Shown: positions 33,701 to 34,711 of the stretch, piece by piece
Layout of the letters: each line of letters starts with the position of its first letter
How positions within the stretch are numbered: position 1 is the stretch's first letter
From: Nemertoderma westbladi
Lineage: Eukaryota; Animalia; Xenacoelomorpha
Reading direction: 5' to 3'
DNA length: 34,711 nt
Assembly: GCA_032718475.1 (NCBI GenBank)
Contig: JAUCBJ010002001.1
Coordinates: 1-34,711 of the forward strand
Notes under the pieces: generated by a model
The model's database searches: none
The model's input: only the letters and a program-made list of their open reading frames with translations
What the model was told of the DNA's origin: nothing
Program-made: the position numbers and the translations under genes

Positions 33701-34711
33701 GGGTGTGGGTTAGTAGTTAGTGATAGGGTTAGGGTGTGGGTTAGTAGTTAGTGAAGGTTAGGGTGTGGGTTAGTAGTTAGTGATAGGGTTAGGGTGTGGG
33801 TTAGTAGTTAGTGATAGGGTTAGGGTGTGGGTTAGTAGTTAGTGATAGGGTTAGGGTGTGGGTTAGTAGTTAGTGATAGGGTTAGGGTGTGGGTTAGTAG
33901 TTAGTGATAGGGTTAGGGTGTGGGTTAGTAGTTAGTGATAGGGTTATGGGTGTGGGTTAGTAGTTAGTGATAGGGTTAGGGTGTGGGTTAGTAGTTAGTG
34001 ATAGGGTTAGGGTGTGGGTTAGTAGTTAGTGATAGGGTTTGGGTGTGGGTTAGTAGTTAGTGATAGGGTTTGGGTGTGGGTTAGTAGTTAGTGATAGGGT
34101 TAGGGTGTGGGTTAGTAGTTAGTGATAGGGTTAGGGTGTGGGTTAGTAGTTAGTGATAGGGTTAGGGTGTGGGTTAGTAGTTAGTGATAGGGTTAGGGTT
34201 AGAGTGTGGGTTAGTAGTTAGTGATAGGGTTAGGGTGTCGGTTATTAGTTAGTGATAGGGTTAGGGTGTGGGTTAGTAGTTAGTGAATGGGTTTGGGTGT
34301 GGGTTAGTAGTTAGTGATAGGGTTAGGGTGTGGGTTAGTAGTTAGTGATAGGGTTAGGGTGTGGGTTAGTAGTTAGTGATAGGGTTAGGGTTAGGGTGTG
34401 GGTTAGTAGTTAGTGATAGGGTTAGGGTTGGGTGTGGGTTAGTAGTTAGTGATAGGGTTAGGGTGTGGGTGTGGGTTAGTAGTTAGTGATAGGGTTAGGG
34501 TGTGGGTTAGTAGTTAGTGATAGGGTTAGGGTTAGTGGGTGGGTAGTAGTTAGTGATAGGGTTAGGGGTAGGGTGGTGGGTTAGTAGTTAGCGATAGGGT
34601 TAGGGTGTGGGTTAGTAGTTATTGATAGGGTTAGGGTGTTGGTTAGTAGTTAGTGATAGGGTTAGGGTTAGGGTGTGGGTTAGTAGTTAGTGATAGGGTT
34701 AGGGTGTGGGT
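27731..34711 (+). repeat. 31-bp G/T-rich, TTAGGG-containing minisatellite, >220 copies, runs off the window end
   Basis: Unit gttagtgatagggttagggtgtgggttagta, with almost no C on the + strand. 37-bp variants carry a doubled TTAGGG. Confidence 0.98.

Noticed and set aside
27731-34711. Canonical telomere
   Set aside because: No long pure (TTAGGG)n tract; at most two tandem hexamers within a 31-bp unit. Kept only as a hypothesis in findings.

Overview
Eukaryotic, probably invertebrate animal, genomic DNA: AT-rich, with GT-AG introns and SINE, LINE and DNA-transposon remnants. It opens with the last 42 codons of THOC3 (+). Most of the window holds the 5' part of a delta-type (GluD/GRID-like) ionotropic glutamate receptor gene (+). 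I reconstructed it by hand as 8 phase-compatible coding exons (2983-3046, 10221-10397, 16125-16265, 16744-16866, 17027-17177, 20217-20394, 21081-21254, 27548-27730; 397 codons, signal peptide plus amino-terminal domain). The rest of the gene lies beyond the window. An intronless NUDT22 CDS is nested antisense in its first coding intron, along with a foldback element, a LINE relic split by a hAT-type element and a ~150-bp-repeat element. About half the window is four unrelated kb-scale minisatellites (49, 31, 36 and 31 bp units), each starting at or near the 5' end of an intron. The 49-bp array is an amplification of the exon 2 end plus its splice donor. The last array starts exactly at the exon 8 donor and is TTAGGG-rich. 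All assignments come from manual translation and recalled family motifs; no searches were run.
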